64,000 nt of DNA from an uncultured Chloroflexia bacterium (GCA_963766735.1 CAVYBU010000008.1:128001-192000), one strand, 5' to 3'; counted from the stretch's first letter, positions 1 through 10,686 are shown. The notes: generated from the sequence alone by a model not told the origin. Numbers and translations: made by a program.

Positions 1-801
1 CTCCGTGGTCTCGATCTTCCCGATGGCGTCGAACACGTAGTCCAGCCCCTCGGGAACCGCGGCCGCCAGTGCCTCGAGGACGGGCACCTCGGACGCGTTC
101 ACCGTGTCCGTGGCACCCAGGCGCAGGGCGAGCTCGAGCTTCGATCCCACCACGTCCACGGCAACGATCCGTGATGCCCCGGCCAGCCGTGCCCCCTGGA
201 TGCAGCACAGGCCGACGCCCCCGCAGCCGATGACGGCAACGGTCGCGCCCGCTTCCACGCGGGCGGTGTTCTGCACGGCGCCGACACCCGTGGACACCGC
301 GCAGCCGACCAGCGAGATCACGTCCAGCGGCGCGTCCTTGCGGACCCTGATCGCGCCGCTGGCGGGCACGACCACGCGTTCCGAGAAGGACGAGACCGCG
401 CAGTAGTGGTACGCAGCCTCCCCGCCGATGCTGAACCGGGACGTGCCGTCGAACAGGACGCCGTTGGGTGCGGTGACCGTGGCCGCCTTGCGGCACTGCG
501 ACGTCCGGCCCAGCCGGCAGTAGCGGCACTCGCCGCACGAGGGGACCCACGACAGAACGACGTGGTCGCCCTCGACCAGCCCCGTCACGCCCGCGCCGAC
601 CGCGGTCACGATGCCCGACCCCTCGTGGCCCAGGATCACTGGCGTGGGGACCTCCCACTCGCCGCGGATAAGGTGGAGGTCGGAGTGGCACACGCCTGCA
701 GCGGCGATCGTGACCTCCACCTCGCCTGCCTTCGGCGGCGCCAGGTCCACGTCCATGACGACCACCGGCTCGTTCGCGGTGCGCCACACGGCTGCCCTCA
801 C
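1..801 (-). CDS. Zn-dependent alcohol dehydrogenase (class III/formaldehyde-dehydrogenase-like MDR), 3' end runs off the window
   Basis: Not in the ORF track; manual translation from GTG at 801: VRAAVWRT...GVCHSDLH...LGHEGSG...CGECRYC...C...GCAVSTGVGA...VIGCGGVG (catalytic Zn, structural Zn and Rossmann motifs). Confidence 0.9.
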   Translation of the reverse strand, partial: MRAAVWRTANEPVVVMDVDLAPPKAGEVEVTIAAAGVCHSDLHLIRGEWEVPTPVILGHEGSGIVTAVGAGVTGLVEGDHVVLSWVPSCGECRYCRLGRTSQCRKAATVTAPNGVLFDGTSRFSIGGEAAYHYCAVSSFSERVVVPASGAIRVRKDAPLDVISLVGCAVSTGVGAVQNTARVEAGATVAVIGCGGVGLCCIQGARLAGASRIVAVDVVGSKLELALRLGATDTVNASEVPVLEALAAAVPEGLDYVFDAIGKIETTE

Positions 802-934
802 GCGCGAAGCCCCCAGAATGCGCGCGGCCGGGCCACGTCCCTGGCGTGCTTGACCATCCAGCCCTCCCGGCAGCGCTGATCCGCCTGCTGGCACGATCAC
901 GAATCCTAACCCGCCGGCACCTGCCGGCGACTTC

Positions 935-1111
935 GAAGGCTGCAAGGTGGGCTGGGACGCACAGGACGGCGTCCTGCTCTGCCCGTGCCACGGTGCCGCC
1001 TTTGATCCGACAGACCACGGCGCGGTCCTCGGCGGTCCCACGAACGCGCCGCTGATGGAGCTGCCGATCATCGTGGACCACCAGGCCGGGACGATCAGCC
1101 TCCGCGCCTGA
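935..1111 (+). pseudogene. C-terminal remnant of a Rieske [2Fe-2S] protein
   Basis: Frame reads EGCKVGWDAQDGVLLCPCHGAAFDPTDHGAVLGGPTNAPLMELPI...LRA*. The second Rieske box (CPCHG) is present. The first CxH box and a start codon are missing (in-frame stop at 851-853). Confidence 0.65.
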
Positions 1112-1610
1112 GGCCGGGGTCGAACGCCAGGACGCCCGCCTCGACGGCTCGTTGGTCCTGCTGGGAGTCTCCGCCGGAGACGCCGACGGCGCCGACGAGG
1201 ATCCCGTCCCGCTCGAGCGGCATGCCGCCGGCGAAGATGATCGTCCGGCCGCCGGCGACGGTGTGATAGCCGAAGAACTCGGTGCCGGGCTGGGTGATCG
1301 GCGGGAGGTCCGCCGTGGACATGTGGTTCGTGAGGGCCGTGTAGGCCTTGTCCCTGGCGAGCACGATCCCGGCCAGGTCCGCAGCGTCCATCCGCTCGAA
1401 GGCGACGAGCTGGTCGCCGGAGTCGACGACGGCGCAGCTCATCGCCACGCCGAGCGAGCGTGCCTCGGCCTGGACGGCGTCGATGATCGCCCGTGCCGCG
1501 GCCAGCGTGAGACCCGCCGCCTGCGATGCGGTCGGACCCCGCCAGCCGTCCACGTTGTCGATGCCCAGCGGGTCCAGCGGCTTGGTGTGTTCATCGCGAG
1601 ATGGGCTCAT
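1095..1610 (-). CDS. GlcG/HbpS (DUF336) heme-binding family protein
   Basis: AVVDSGDQLVAFERMD...ARDKAYTA...FAGGMPL...VGAVGVSGG...D signature; last gene of the ABC operon. Confidence 0.85.
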   Translation of the reverse strand: MSPSRDEHTKPLDPLGIDNVDGWRGPTASQAAGLTLAAARAIIDAVQAEARSLGVAMSCAVVDSGDQLVAFERMDAADLAGIVLARDKAYTALTNHMSTADLPPITQPGTEFFGYHTVAGGRTIIFAGGMPLERDGILVGAVGVSGGDSQQDQRAVEAGVLAFDPGLRRGG

Positions 1611-1620
1611 GGACGCTCCC

Positions 1621-2605
1621 TCATGGTTTCTCCGGCGCCGGGACGACGGTCACCTCGTCCGGCACCTCGTCCGGCACCCTCGCCGACTGCTTCGCCTGGC
1701 TCCGGAAGACCAGGTAGACGATCACCAGCGCCGTCAGCGTGACCAGCAGGATCAGCGAAGCGATGGCGTTGATCTGAGGGAGTGATGCCGCGCCGGATCG
1801 ACCCGAAGACGAAGAGGGGAAGCGTCGGCTGGCCGGGACCCTGCACGAACGAGGCGATGATGTAGTCATCGAAGCTGAAGGTGAACGAGAGGAGCGCGCC
1901 CGCCAGGATCGCCGGGCGGAGTTGCGGCAGCGTGACCTGGCGCAGGGTCCGCCAGGGGGTTGCGTAGAGGTCGGCCGACGCCTCGACGAGGGCGCGGTCC
2001 ATGCCGGACAGGCGCGCCCGCACCAGGACGAAGACGATCGCCGACGTGAACACGACGTGGGCGCCGATGATCGTGTGCAGGCCGGACTGGAGGACCGGTG
2101 CGGCGCCCATGCCCAGGCTTCCCCACACGTAGCTCAGCCACGGGTTGACCCAGGCGAAGAAGTTGACGTAGAAGATCAGGGTGGCGATCGCGATCACGAT
2201 CCCGGGGATGATGATCGCGACGTAGGTGACGGCCTCGAAGGCGACCCGGATCGGGCGCGCGGCCCGGTTGACGGCGAGGGCTGCGACGGTGCCCAGGGTG
2301 GTGGCGATGAGCGCCGTCCAGAGGCCGACGATGACGCTGTTGCCCAGCGCACCGAGCGCGAAGGCGTCGGACAGCGCCTTCTCGTACCAGCGCAGGGAGA
2401 GGCCACGCAGCTCGCCCGTGCGCTCCCCGGCGTTGAAGCTGAAGACCACGACGAGGGCGATCGGGACGTAGAGGAAGACGTAGAGGAGGATCGCATGGCC
2501 CCGGAAGACCCGGTCCACCCAGCGCCCGGCCGAGTCGACCGCGGCCCGCGCGCCGCCGGCACGAGCGGGGCCGCTGCCCGTCGGCGAGCCGGCCACGCTA
2601 GACAA
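1621..2605 (-). CDS. potC: Polyamine-type ABC transporter permease (PotC-like); apparent +1 frameshift near 1778
   Basis: FLYVPIALVVVFSFN, EASADLYA (EAA loop), SFDD. The C-terminus (ITP)QINAIASLILL continues in the 1621..1869 frame; removing one base gives 327 aa. Confidence 0.8.
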
Positions 2606-3482
2606 GGGAGATGTCCCGGCCGACCTGACCTCGCGCGCCGACCCTCAGGTACAGCGCGACGGCGATCAGCACGATGAGGATGAGCCCGACGGCCATCGCC
2701 GAGCCGAACGGCCAGTTGCGGGACTGCAGGAAGGCATCGACGAGTGCGTTGCCGACGAAGAAGACCTTGCCGCCGCCGAGGAGGGCAGGGATGAGGTACT
2801 CGCCCATGATCGGGATGAAGACGAGGACGACACCCGAGAGGACTCCAGGCAGGGTGAGCGGCAGCGTCACCTGGCGGAACGTGCGCCAGCGGGCCGCCCC
2901 CAGGTCCTTCGAGGCTTCGAGGAGCCGCTTGTCGAGCCGCTCGAGGCTGACGTACAGCGGGAAGACCATCAGGGGCAGGTAGTTGTAGACGATCCCGATC
3001 ATGACCGCGAGCGGCGAGTTGAGCAGGACCACCCTGCCGAACCCGAGGCTCTCGATCAAAGCGGGAATGCCGGTGCTGCCCAGGATCGTGAGCCACGCGT
3101 AGGTTCGAATGAGGAAGCTCGTCCAGAACGGGACGATGACCAGGACCAGGAGGAGGGTCTTCTTCGGCCCCGCCCGCGTCGCCAGGTAGTAGGCCAGGGG
3201 ATAGCCGACGAGCAGGCAGAGGGTGGTCCCGCCGAGGGCGAGAAGCAGCGTGTTCGTGAACGCGACCGAGCGCGTCGGCAGGTGTGCGTAGTTCTCCAGG
3301 GTGAACCCGGGTGCGTACCCGCCCTGCGGTGCTCGCTCGCCCACGCTGAAGACCAGGAGGATCCCGAGCGGCACGGCCAGGAGCAGGAAGTACCAGGCGC
3401 TCGTGGGCAGCAGGAACAGGGCGGTGGCGGCTCGCCGCCTCCATCGCCCTGCCTCGTGTCGCGGTCGCGCGACTGTGGTCAC
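2598..3482 (-). CDS. potB: Polyamine-type ABC transporter permease (PotB-like)
   Basis: PFWTSFLIRTYAW, EASKDLGA and RNWPFGSA motifs. Confidence 0.85.
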   Translation of the reverse strand: MTTVARPRHEAGRWRRRAATALFLLPTSAWYFLLLAVPLGILLVFSVGERAPQGGYAPGFTLENYAHLPTRSVAFTNTLLLALGGTTLCLLVGYPLAYYLATRAGPKKTLLLVLVIVPFWTSFLIRTYAWLTILGSTGIPALIESLGFGRVVLLNSPLAVMIGIVYNYLPLMVFPLYVSLERLDKRLLEASKDLGAARWRTFRQVTLPLTLPGVLSGVVLVFIPIMGEYLIPALLGGGKVFFVGNALVDAFLQSRNWPFGSAMAVGLILIVLIAVALYLRVGARGQVGRDISLV

Positions 3483-3513
3483 GGGCGCCAGGCCCTTGGG
3501 CGATCGGTCACCG

Positions 3514-4749
3514 TCAGGCCGACTTGAAGCGTGCCCAGAGCTCTGCCCGGTTCGGGTCGGTCAGCGTCACGGCTGCGCCGAACTCGAGCGGCGTCAGGAG
3601 CGCGTCGTCGGGGTAGATGATCGGGTTGCCGGTGAACGAAGCCGGCAGGAGCCCTGTGGCCACCTCATCGACAACCGGGTAGCCGTGGAACTCGGCGTCC
3701 TTGGCGGCGACCTTCGGAGTGCTCATGTAGTCCAGGAAGGCGTAGGCGGCCTCGCGGTGCGGAGCGTTGGCGATGACGGAGAAGAAGTCGGACCAGAGCT
3801 CGCCGCCCTCGCTGCCGATGACGTACTGGATCGCAGGGATGTCCCGGTTGAGCTGGACGCCGTCGCCGGTCCACGCCATGGCGATCCAGGCGTCGTTGTT
3901 GCGCATCGGGGGCTGGTAGTCGCTGGTGATCGCGAAGAAGTGCTTCTTCGCGTCGACGAGAAGCTCCTCCGCCTTGGCCAGCTCGGCCGTATCGACGGAG
4001 TTGAACGAGTAGCCGAAGTACTTGAGGGCATTGCCGATCCCGGTCAGCTGATAGTCGTGGATCGTCGCCTTGCCGGTGTAGTCGGTCCGGAGCAGGTCGA
4101 AGTAGTCCTTCCAGCTCGTCATCGGCTTGGTCACGAACTCAGTGTTCACGACGTAGCCCGTGGTCCCCCAGTCCTTGCTGACGCCAAGCAGGTCCGACGA
4201 GCCGGCGGGATACGTCGCCGGCTCGAGGAACCGGGCTTCGTAGCGGCTGGCATCGAAGCGGGGGAGCTTCGCCAGGTCGAGCGGTTCGAGCAGCTTGAGC
4301 TCGCCGTAGGTCTCGAAGGTGTAGTTGGTCGGGACGAGGACGTCCCATCCTGTGCCCCCGGCCTGGAGCTTGGCCAGCATCTCTTCGTTCGAACCGAAGA
4401 TCGTCAGGTTCACCTTGACCCCGGTGAGGTCGGTGAACGCCTGGATCGTCTGCGGGTCGTGGTAGTTCGGCCAGGTGGTGAGGTAGAGCTCGCTGCCCAG
4501 GTCGACGCCCTCCGGCGGCGTCCAATCGGCGAAGGGATCGATCGCCGGGGGGGCATCCGACGCGGCCGCAGCCGACGCCGGTGCCGCCGTGGCCGGTGCC
4601 GCCGTCGCGGGCGCGGACGTGGCCGTCGGTGCGCACGCGGCGATGACCGCTGCCGCCGTGGCGAGGCCCGTCGCCTCCATGAACCGGCGGCGTGAGATCT
4701 TGCCCTTCTGGAATGCCAGGTAGTGCTTCTGGAACTCTTGCTGATCCAC
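3514..4749 (-). CDS. potD: Spermidine/putrescine-type ABC substrate-binding lipoprotein (Tat signal)
   Basis: SRRRFM twin-arginine motif, IAAC lipobox, SNEEMLAKL, WGTTG and AWTGD. Start moved to GTG 4749 after a GGAAGGGG Shine-Dalgarno-like run. Confidence 0.8.
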   Translation of the reverse strand: MDQQEFQKHYLAFQKGKISRRRFMEATGLATAAAVIAACAPTATSAPATAAPATAAPASAAAASDAPPAIDPFADWTPPEGVDLGSELYLTTWPNYHDPQTIQAFTDLTGVKVNLTIFGSNEEMLAKLQAGGTGWDVLVPTNYTFETYGELKLLEPLDLAKLPRFDASRYEARFLEPATYPAGSSDLLGVSKDWGTTGYVVNTEFVTKPMTSWKDYFDLLRTDYTGKATIHDYQLTGIGNALKYFGYSFNSVDTAELAKAEELLVDAKKHFFAITSDYQPPMRNNDAWIAMAWTGDGVQLNRDIPAIQYVIGSEGGELWSDFFSVIANAPHREAAYAFLDYMSTPKVAAKDAEFHGYPVVDEVATGLLPASFTGNPIIYPDDALLTPLEFGAAVTLTDPNRAELWARFKSA

Positions 4750-4807
4750 GGTTCCCCTTCCTTCCCGGGCCGAGCCCGAACTCCCCTCCATGCGTGGACG
4801 ATGACGG

Positions 4808-5992
4808 TCAACTGATCAGGATGAGGTTTGCCTCCTCGTGCCAGCGGATGACGACGGGATCGCCGGGACCGATCCCGGCCACACCGGTGGCACCGTCCGA
4901 GTTCTGGCGCCGCGAGACCACCTCGCCGGCCACGTCGGTGGCGATCCGGAACTCGGTCTCGTCGCCGAGATACGTTCCCTGGCGGACACGCCCCTCGATG
5001 CTCGTCCAGCCGTCCCCGACGGGCTGCGCGTGCGCCGCGGCCTCCACCCGCATCCGCTCGGGGCGGATCGCGATGACGACCCGGGCGCCCGGCGCGGGCC
5101 GTGCGGCAGGGTCGGTGACCACGCCCGCGAGCCGGAGCCCGGTGTCGGCCTGGACGAGGCCCCGGCCGGTGGCCGGGTCGTGCTCGAGGAGGGCGCCCTC
5201 GATCGGGTTCGAGACGCCGATGAAGTCGGCCACGAACCGGTTGATCGGCCGCTCGTAGAGCTCCGTCGGCCGGCCCTGCTGCTGGATGCGGCCGTGCTGC
5301 ATGACCACGATGGTGTCGCTCATGGTCAGGGCCTCCTCCTGGTCGTGGGTCACGTACACGAACGTGATCCCGACCTCCTGCTGGAGGGCCTTGAGCTCGA
5401 GCTGCATCTCCTTGCGGAGCTTGAGGTCGAGCGCCCCGAGGGGCTCGTCGAGGAGCAGCACGGTCGGGTGGTTGATCAGGGCCCGGGCAAGCGCGACGCG
5501 CTGCTGCTGGCCGCCCGACATCTCCCAGGTGCGGCGCTGCTCGTAGCCCGCGAGGCGGACGAGCTCGAGGGCCTCGCCCACGCGGCGGGTCTCGTCCGCC
5601 TTGGTGGAGCCCTTCCTCTGGCGCAGGCCGTAGCCCACGTTCTGGGCCACGTTCATGTGCGGGAACAGGGCGTAGTGCTGGAAGACCGTGTTGACGCTCC
5701 GTCGGTAGGGCGGCACGCCGGCGACCGGCTCGCCCGCGAGGTAGATCTCGCCGCTGGTGGGCTGCTCGAAGCCCGCGATCATCCGCAGGGTCGTGGTCTT
5801 GCCGCAGCCCGACGGGCCCAGGAAGGAGTAGAAGGATCCGCGCTCGACCGAGAGGTCCATCGCGTCCACCGCGGTCACCGCGCCGAACCGCTTGGTGACG
5901 TTCGCGATCCGGACGTCCGGGACATCGGCCACCGGCTGCGGCTGGGAGATCGGTTGTTCGGTGACCTGGGCGGGATAGGCGGAACCGATCAC
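4808..5992 (-). CDS. potA: Polyamine ABC transporter ATP-binding subunit
   Basis: GPSGCGKT, MSGGQQQRVALARAL, LLLDEPLGALD, THDQEEA and a TOBE-like C-terminus. Start position is approximate. Confidence 0.85.
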   Translation of the reverse strand: MIGSAYPAQVTEQPISQPQPVADVPDVRIANVTKRFGAVTAVDAMDLSVERGSFYSFLGPSGCGKTTTLRMIAGFEQPTSGEIYLAGEPVAGVPPYRRSVNTVFQHYALFPHMNVAQNVGYGLRQRKGSTKADETRRVGEALELVRLAGYEQRRTWEMSGGQQQRVALARALINHPTVLLLDEPLGALDLKLRKEMQLELKALQQEVGITFVYVTHDQEEALTMSDTIVVMQHGRIQQQGRPTELYERPINRFVADFIGVSNPIEGALLEHDPATGRGLVQADTGLRLAGVVTDPAARPAPGARVVIAIRPERMRVEAAAHAQPVGDGWTSIEGRVRQGTYLGDETEFRIATDVAGEVVSRRQNSDGATGVAGIGPGDPVVIRWHEEANLILIS

Positions 5993-6092
5993 AGATGCCT
6001 CACGGCGAACGGGCACTCCTGGGGGAAGCGACGGATGAAGGGTTCGGCCGGGCGCCTGCAGGCCGAAGGTCATAACACCGTATTACCAATGG

Positions 6093-6130
6093 AGTGCCGG
6101 AATACTGCCGGAATGGCTGGCTCATGTCAA
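6093..6130 (-). promoter_or_regulatory. Sigma70-type promoter of the ABC operon with an overlapping 11-bp direct repeat (candidate operator)
   Basis: Minus strand: TTGACA (6125-6130), 17-nt spacer, CAGTAT (6102-6107). ATTCCGGCAGT/ATTCCGGCACT tandem at 6093-6114. Confidence 0.55.
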
Positions 6131-6340
6131 CACTCTTCCTTGATTTCGCGCACATGGCAGGCAAGGAGCCCTGTCGGCCGCCCGGCCCACGCCGAGAGCT
6201 CGACGCCCGCCCCCGCAGCCCCGGCCGCGGCCCGTTGGAGGATGGCGGCGCATGGCATCCTTGGCGGCGATGGATCTGGCTCTCCCCGACGCGGCTCGAG
6301 CGGATTCGGGAAGGACCCCCAGTCCTGGAGGGACCAACGG

Positions 6341-7180
6341 ATGGCACCTGAAGAACCGGTCCTGCTGACGGCCCCGACCCCATGGGGCGTCCGCCTGACC
6401 CTGAACCGCCCTGCCAAGCTGAACGCGCTATCCGGCGAGATGGTCGCCGCGCTGGACGCAGCACTTGTCGCGGCGGCCGCCGACCCGGAGGTTCGGGTCG
6501 TCGTGATCGAGGGTGCCGGGCGTGCCTTCTCGTCCGGCTACGACCTGACAGAAGGGGGGGAGGTGTCCCCGGGGCCGGTCGCGTGGCGCGCCGCGCTGGC
6601 TGCCGATGTCGCGGCGACGCTGCGGATCCTGGATTTCCCGAAGCCCGTCATCGCCCAGGTCCACGGTTACGCGCTCGCCGGCGGCCTGGAGATCGCGATG
6701 GCCTGTGACCTGGTGATCGCCGCCGAGGGCACCAAGCTCGGCGAGCCGGAGATCCGCTTCGGGTCGGCGCCGGTGACGCTGCTCATGCCGTACCTCATCG
6801 GCCAGAAGAAGACCCGTGAGCTGCTCCTCACCGGCAATCTCATCGACGCCACGGAAGCTGAACGGATCGGCCTGATCAATCGCGTCGTGCCGGCGGAGCA
6901 GTTGGCCGCGGAGGTGGACGCGCTGGCCGATCGCCTTGCCCGGACGCAGCCCGAGGTGATGGGCCTGACCAAGCTGATGCTCAACCGCGCGATGGATGCG
7001 GCCGGCTTCCGGACGGCCGTCGAGGCGGCGATCGACCTAGGCGCGATCATCAATGCGGCCGGCACGCCCGAGCAGCTCGAATGGGACACGATCGTCCGTC
7101 GCGATGGAATGAAGGCCGCCCTGGCCTGGCGAGACCGGCGCTATGACGAGCGGCTGGCCGAGAGCGGCCGGGGCGAATAG
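6341..7180 (+). CDS. Enoyl-CoA hydratase/isomerase (crotonase) family protein
   Basis: LTLNRPAKLNALS, AFSSGYDL, AQVHGYALAGG and GEPEIRFG. ATG at 6341 follows GGAGGG; the upstream part of the 780-aa ORF is a shadow of potA. Confidence 0.9.
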   Translation: MAPEEPVLLTAPTPWGVRLTLNRPAKLNALSGEMVAALDAALVAAAADPEVRVVVIEGAGRAFSSGYDLTEGGEVSPGPVAWRAALAADVAATLRILDFPKPVIAQVHGYALAGGLEIAMACDLVIAAEGTKLGEPEIRFGSAPVTLLMPYLIGQKKTRELLLTGNLIDATEAERIGLINRVVPAEQLAAEVDALADRLARTQPEVMGLTKLMLNRAMDAAGFRTAVEAAIDLGAIINAAGTPEQLEWDTIVRRDGMKAALAWRDRRYDERLAESGRGE

Positions 7181-7295
7181 GGCACGGCGTACCGCGCGAC
7201 TCGAGCTGATCCGGGAGCGCGGCCGGGACCCGCCCGACCGCCTCGAGCACCGCGATCATGCCCAGCATCCGACACGTCGGAGATCGGTTGGTGCC

Positions 7296-8675
7296 CTAGC
7301 GGGCCAGAGGCGCGAAGACCGCCGTGAAATGCCGGAGCGCAGTCGGCTGCTTCGGGATCCGGTAGCCGCGCAGGCTCGATGCCCGTGACGCCACGTCCCT
7401 GGCCACCTCGATCACGTAGTCCACGTGACTCTGGGTGTACGTCCGGCGCGGGATGGCGAGGCGCACCAGGTCCATCGCCGCGGGCGTCTCGGTCCCGTCC
7501 GGGTGGAGCCCGAACATCACGGTGCCGATCTCACACCCGCGGATGCCGCCGGCGCGGTACAGCTCGACCGCAAGCGCCTGGCCCGGGTACTCGAGCGGCG
7601 GGATGTGGGGGAGCATCGCCCGCGCATCGAGGTAGATGGCGTGGCCGCCGAACGGCTTGACCAGGGGGATCCCGGCCGCGTCCAGCGCGTCGCCCAGGTA
7701 GGCCGTGGACGTGATCCGGTAGCGCAGGTAGTCCTCGTCCACGACCTCCTTCAGCCCCTGGGCGATAGCCTCGAGATCGCGTCCGGCCAGCCCGCCGTAG
7801 GTCGGGAAGCCCTCGGTCAGGATGAGGAGGTTGCGACACCTCTCCGCCAGGCCGTCATCGTTCATGGCCAGCCAGCCGCCGATGTTCGCCATCCCGTCCT
7901 TCTTGGCCGACATCGTCATCCCGTCGGCCAGGCCGCCGATCTCACGGATGATGTCGATGACCGGACGGTCCGCCTGCCCCGGCTCGCGGGTCTTGATGAG
8001 CCACGCGTTCTCGGCGAAGCGGCAGCCATCCAGGAACAGGGGCTTGCCGAAGCGGTCGCACACCTCGCGCACCGCGTGCAGGTTGGCCAGGCTGACCGGC
8101 TGGCCGCCGCCCGAGTTGTTGGTGATGGTGACGACGACGACGGGGATGTCGTCACCGCGGGCCGTCAGCAGCGCCTCGAGCGCCGCGACGTCCATGTTGC
8201 CCTTGAACGGGTGGACCAGGGCGGGCTGGCGCCCCTCGGCGATCACGAGGTCCACCGCGTCGGCGCCGGTGAACTCCACGTTGGCGCGGGTCGTGTCGAA
8301 GTGGGTGTTGTTCGGGATGACCTTGCCGGGCCCGCCGATCGCGGTGAACAGGATCTTCTCGGCCGCACGCCCCTGGTGGGTGGGGATGACGTGCCGGAAC
8401 GGGAACAGGTTCTGTACGGCCTCGAGGAACACGAACCAGGACGGACTGCCCGCGTAGCTCTCGTCGCCGTGCTGGATGGCCGCCCACTGGTCCCGGCTCA
8501 TGGCGCCGGTGCCCGAGTCCGTCAGGAGGTCGATGAGGACGTCGTCGGCGTGAAGGCTGAACAGGTTCCAGCCTGCGGCCTCGAGGGCGCGCTCGCGCTC
8601 GGCCTCCGTGGTGAGCCGGATGGGCTCGACGGCGTGGATGCGGAAGGGTTCGATGATCGTCTGCCAGCGGTCCAT
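7296..8675 (-). CDS. tnaA: Tryptophanase (beta-eliminating lyase family)
   Basis: IDLLTDSGT, THQGRAAE, MSAKKD (PLP Lys), TYGGLAGRD and RLAIPRRTY. C-terminal LRHFT is TnaA-like; tyrosine phenol-lyase has LRFF. Confidence 0.85.
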   Translation of the reverse strand: MDRWQTIIEPFRIHAVEPIRLTTEAERERALEAAGWNLFSLHADDVLIDLLTDSGTGAMSRDQWAAIQHGDESYAGSPSWFVFLEAVQNLFPFRHVIPTHQGRAAEKILFTAIGGPGKVIPNNTHFDTTRANVEFTGADAVDLVIAEGRQPALVHPFKGNMDVAALEALLTARGDDIPVVVVTITNNSGGGQPVSLANLHAVREVCDRFGKPLFLDGCRFAENAWLIKTREPGQADRPVIDIIREIGGLADGMTMSAKKDGMANIGGWLAMNDDGLAERCRNLLILTEGFPTYGGLAGRDLEAIAQGLKEVVDEDYLRYRITSTAYLGDALDAAGIPLVKPFGGHAIYLDARAMLPHIPPLEYPGQALAVELYRAGGIRGCEIGTVMFGLHPDGTETPAAMDLVRLAIPRRTYTQSHVDYVIEVARDVASRASSLRGYRIPKQPTALRHFTAVFAPLAR

Positions 8676-8874
8676 CGGTCGAGGATACGCCGCGATGGGT
8701 GATGGAGGCGGCCCGGAGTCGCGGTGCTGGCCATGCGACCGGACGCCGGCTGATCGTCGGCAGCGCGACGTGTTGGCCCATGCCAAACTCAGTCCTAGCG
8801 GACGACATCACCGGACCGTGAACGCCGCCCGCCCCGTGCCGTATCCGACCCTCGAGCACAACGAGGACACCCGC

Positions 8875-10569
8875 GTGGAATCCCCAGGCGCCACGGGCGC
8901 AGCGATGCACGAGTCCGGCCGCGGCCGCTGGCTGGGCCTGGCGATGCTGAGCCTGGGCGTGTCCATGATCATCGTGGACACGACGATCGTGAACGTGGCC
9001 GTCCCGTCCATGATCCGCGACCTGGACCTGGACTCCACCACGGCCGAGTGGATCAACACCGTCTACGCGCTGGTCTTCGCGGCTCTCCTGATCACGCTCG
9101 GGCGCATTGGCGACCTCGTCGGCCGCCGGAAGCTGTACCTCCTCGGCCTGATCGTGTTCGGGATCGCATCCGTCATGGCCGGCCTGTCCCAATCGGGCGA
9201 GATGCTGATCCTCGCCCGCGTGCTGCAGGGCGTCGGCGGCGCGATGATCCTGCCGGCGACACAATCGATCCTGAACACGAACTTCCGGGGCCGGGATCGC
9301 GCGATCGCGTTCGGCATCTGGGGCGCCATGATCGGTGGCATGGCCGCAGTCGGGCCGCTCATCGGCGGCTGGCTGACCACCTACCTGTCCTGGCGCTGGG
9401 CGTTCTTCATCAACATCCCGGTGGCGCTCATCGCGATTGCCGGCACCCTCCGCTACATCGGCGAATCAAGGGACGAGGGCGCGCAGTCCGGGCTCGATCC
9501 CATCGGCTTCCTGCTGATCACCAGCGGCCTCGGGGCGTTCGTTTTCGGGCTCATCGAGGGCCGCAGCTACGGCTGGTGGGAGCCCACCAGGCCGTTCGAG
9601 ATCCTCGGCTGGACCTGGCCGTTGGAGAACATCTCGATCATCCCGTTCCTGCTCGCCTACGGCGTCCTGGCGCTGGCGATCTTCCTCGTCGTCGAGGGCC
9701 GCCGGTCCCGCGCAGGCAAGTTCTTCCTGTTCGACGTCGGCCTCTGGCTGTACCCGGCGTTCCGCTACGGGAACCTGGCTGGCACGATCGTTGCCCTGGG
9801 CGAGTTCGGCCTCCTGTTCGCGCTCCCGCTGTTCCTGCAGGCGGTCGTCGGCTACAGCGCGTTCGAGACGGGGCTCGTGTTCCTCGCGCTCGCGCTTGGC
9901 GCGTTCTTCGCAGCGCCCGTGTCGGCGCGGCTGGCGCACAAGTACGGTCCGCGGCGCGCGGTGACCCTGGGTATGGCCCTCGAGGCCGTGGGCATCATCA
10001 GCACATCCCTGCTCATCTCCTCAACCGTGAGCGGCCTCCAGCTGGCCGTGCCCCTGTTCGTGTACGGGGTCGGCGTTGGCCTCGCGACGGCGCAGCTGAC
10101 CAGCATCGTCCTGTCTGACATCCCGCCGGAGCGATCGGGCCTGGCCTCGGGGGCGAACTCCACGATGCGCCAGGTCGGCTCCGCGCTGGGTATCGCGATC
10201 CTGGGAACGGTCCTGTTCACCGCTCTCGGGAACGGCGTCCACGAGAACCTGTCGGCTGTTCCCGGCATCCCGCCCGCTGCAGTGGATGGCGTGGCCGAGG
10301 CGATGGAGCAGTCCGCGGGCCAGGCGCTGGTGGCAATCCGGCTTGAGCCCCAGTACGCGGCGGCTGTCGAGCCGATCGAGCAGGCCTTTGTGGACGCCAC
10401 CCGGCTCGCCGGGTTCGTCGCGAGCGGCTTCGTGCTGGTGGGGGTCGTCCTCACCCTCCTGCTGCCGGAGATGCCGCACGACCGGCTGCCGGAGCGTGAG
10501 CCCGTGGAGGACGGGGACGAGGCCGAAGAACCAGCGGACCCCGACAAGGTGGAGCCGGTGCCCGCCTGA
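8875..10569 (+). CDS. DHA2/EmrB-QacA family MFS efflux transporter
   Basis: DTTIVNVA, GRIGDLVGRRK, ARVLQGVGGA, GPLIGG and WRWAFFINIP, with about 14 hydrophobic segments. GTG start after GAGGA. Confidence 0.9.
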   Translation: MESPGATGAAMHESGRGRWLGLAMLSLGVSMIIVDTTIVNVAVPSMIRDLDLDSTTAEWINTVYALVFAALLITLGRIGDLVGRRKLYLLGLIVFGIASVMAGLSQSGEMLILARVLQGVGGAMILPATQSILNTNFRGRDRAIAFGIWGAMIGGMAAVGPLIGGWLTTYLSWRWAFFINIPVALIAIAGTLRYIGESRDEGAQSGLDPIGFLLITSGLGAFVFGLIEGRSYGWWEPTRPFEILGWTWPLENISIIPFLLAYGVLALAIFLVVEGRRSRAGKFFLFDVGLWLYPAFRYGNLAGTIVALGEFGLLFALPLFLQAVVGYSAFETGLVFLALALGAFFAAPVSARLAHKYGPRRAVTLGMALEAVGIISTSLLISSTVSGLQLAVPLFVYGVGVGLATAQLTSIVLSDIPPERSGLASGANSTMRQVGSALGIAILGTVLFTALGNGVHENLSAVPGIPPAAVDGVAEAMEQSAGQALVAIRLEPQYAAAVEPIEQAFVDATRLAGFVASGFVLVGVVLTLLLPEMPHDRLPEREPVEDGDEAEEPADPDKVEPVPA

Positions 10570-10686
10570 TCGAAGGGTTGCTGGCCGCGGGTCGGGTGCT
10601 CCCCGACGCGCCCCCCTGACCCGGTGCCGCTCGCGCTGCCCCATCTGCGCTGCTCCGCGTCGCGGCGCGCGAGGTACGCTGCGGGC

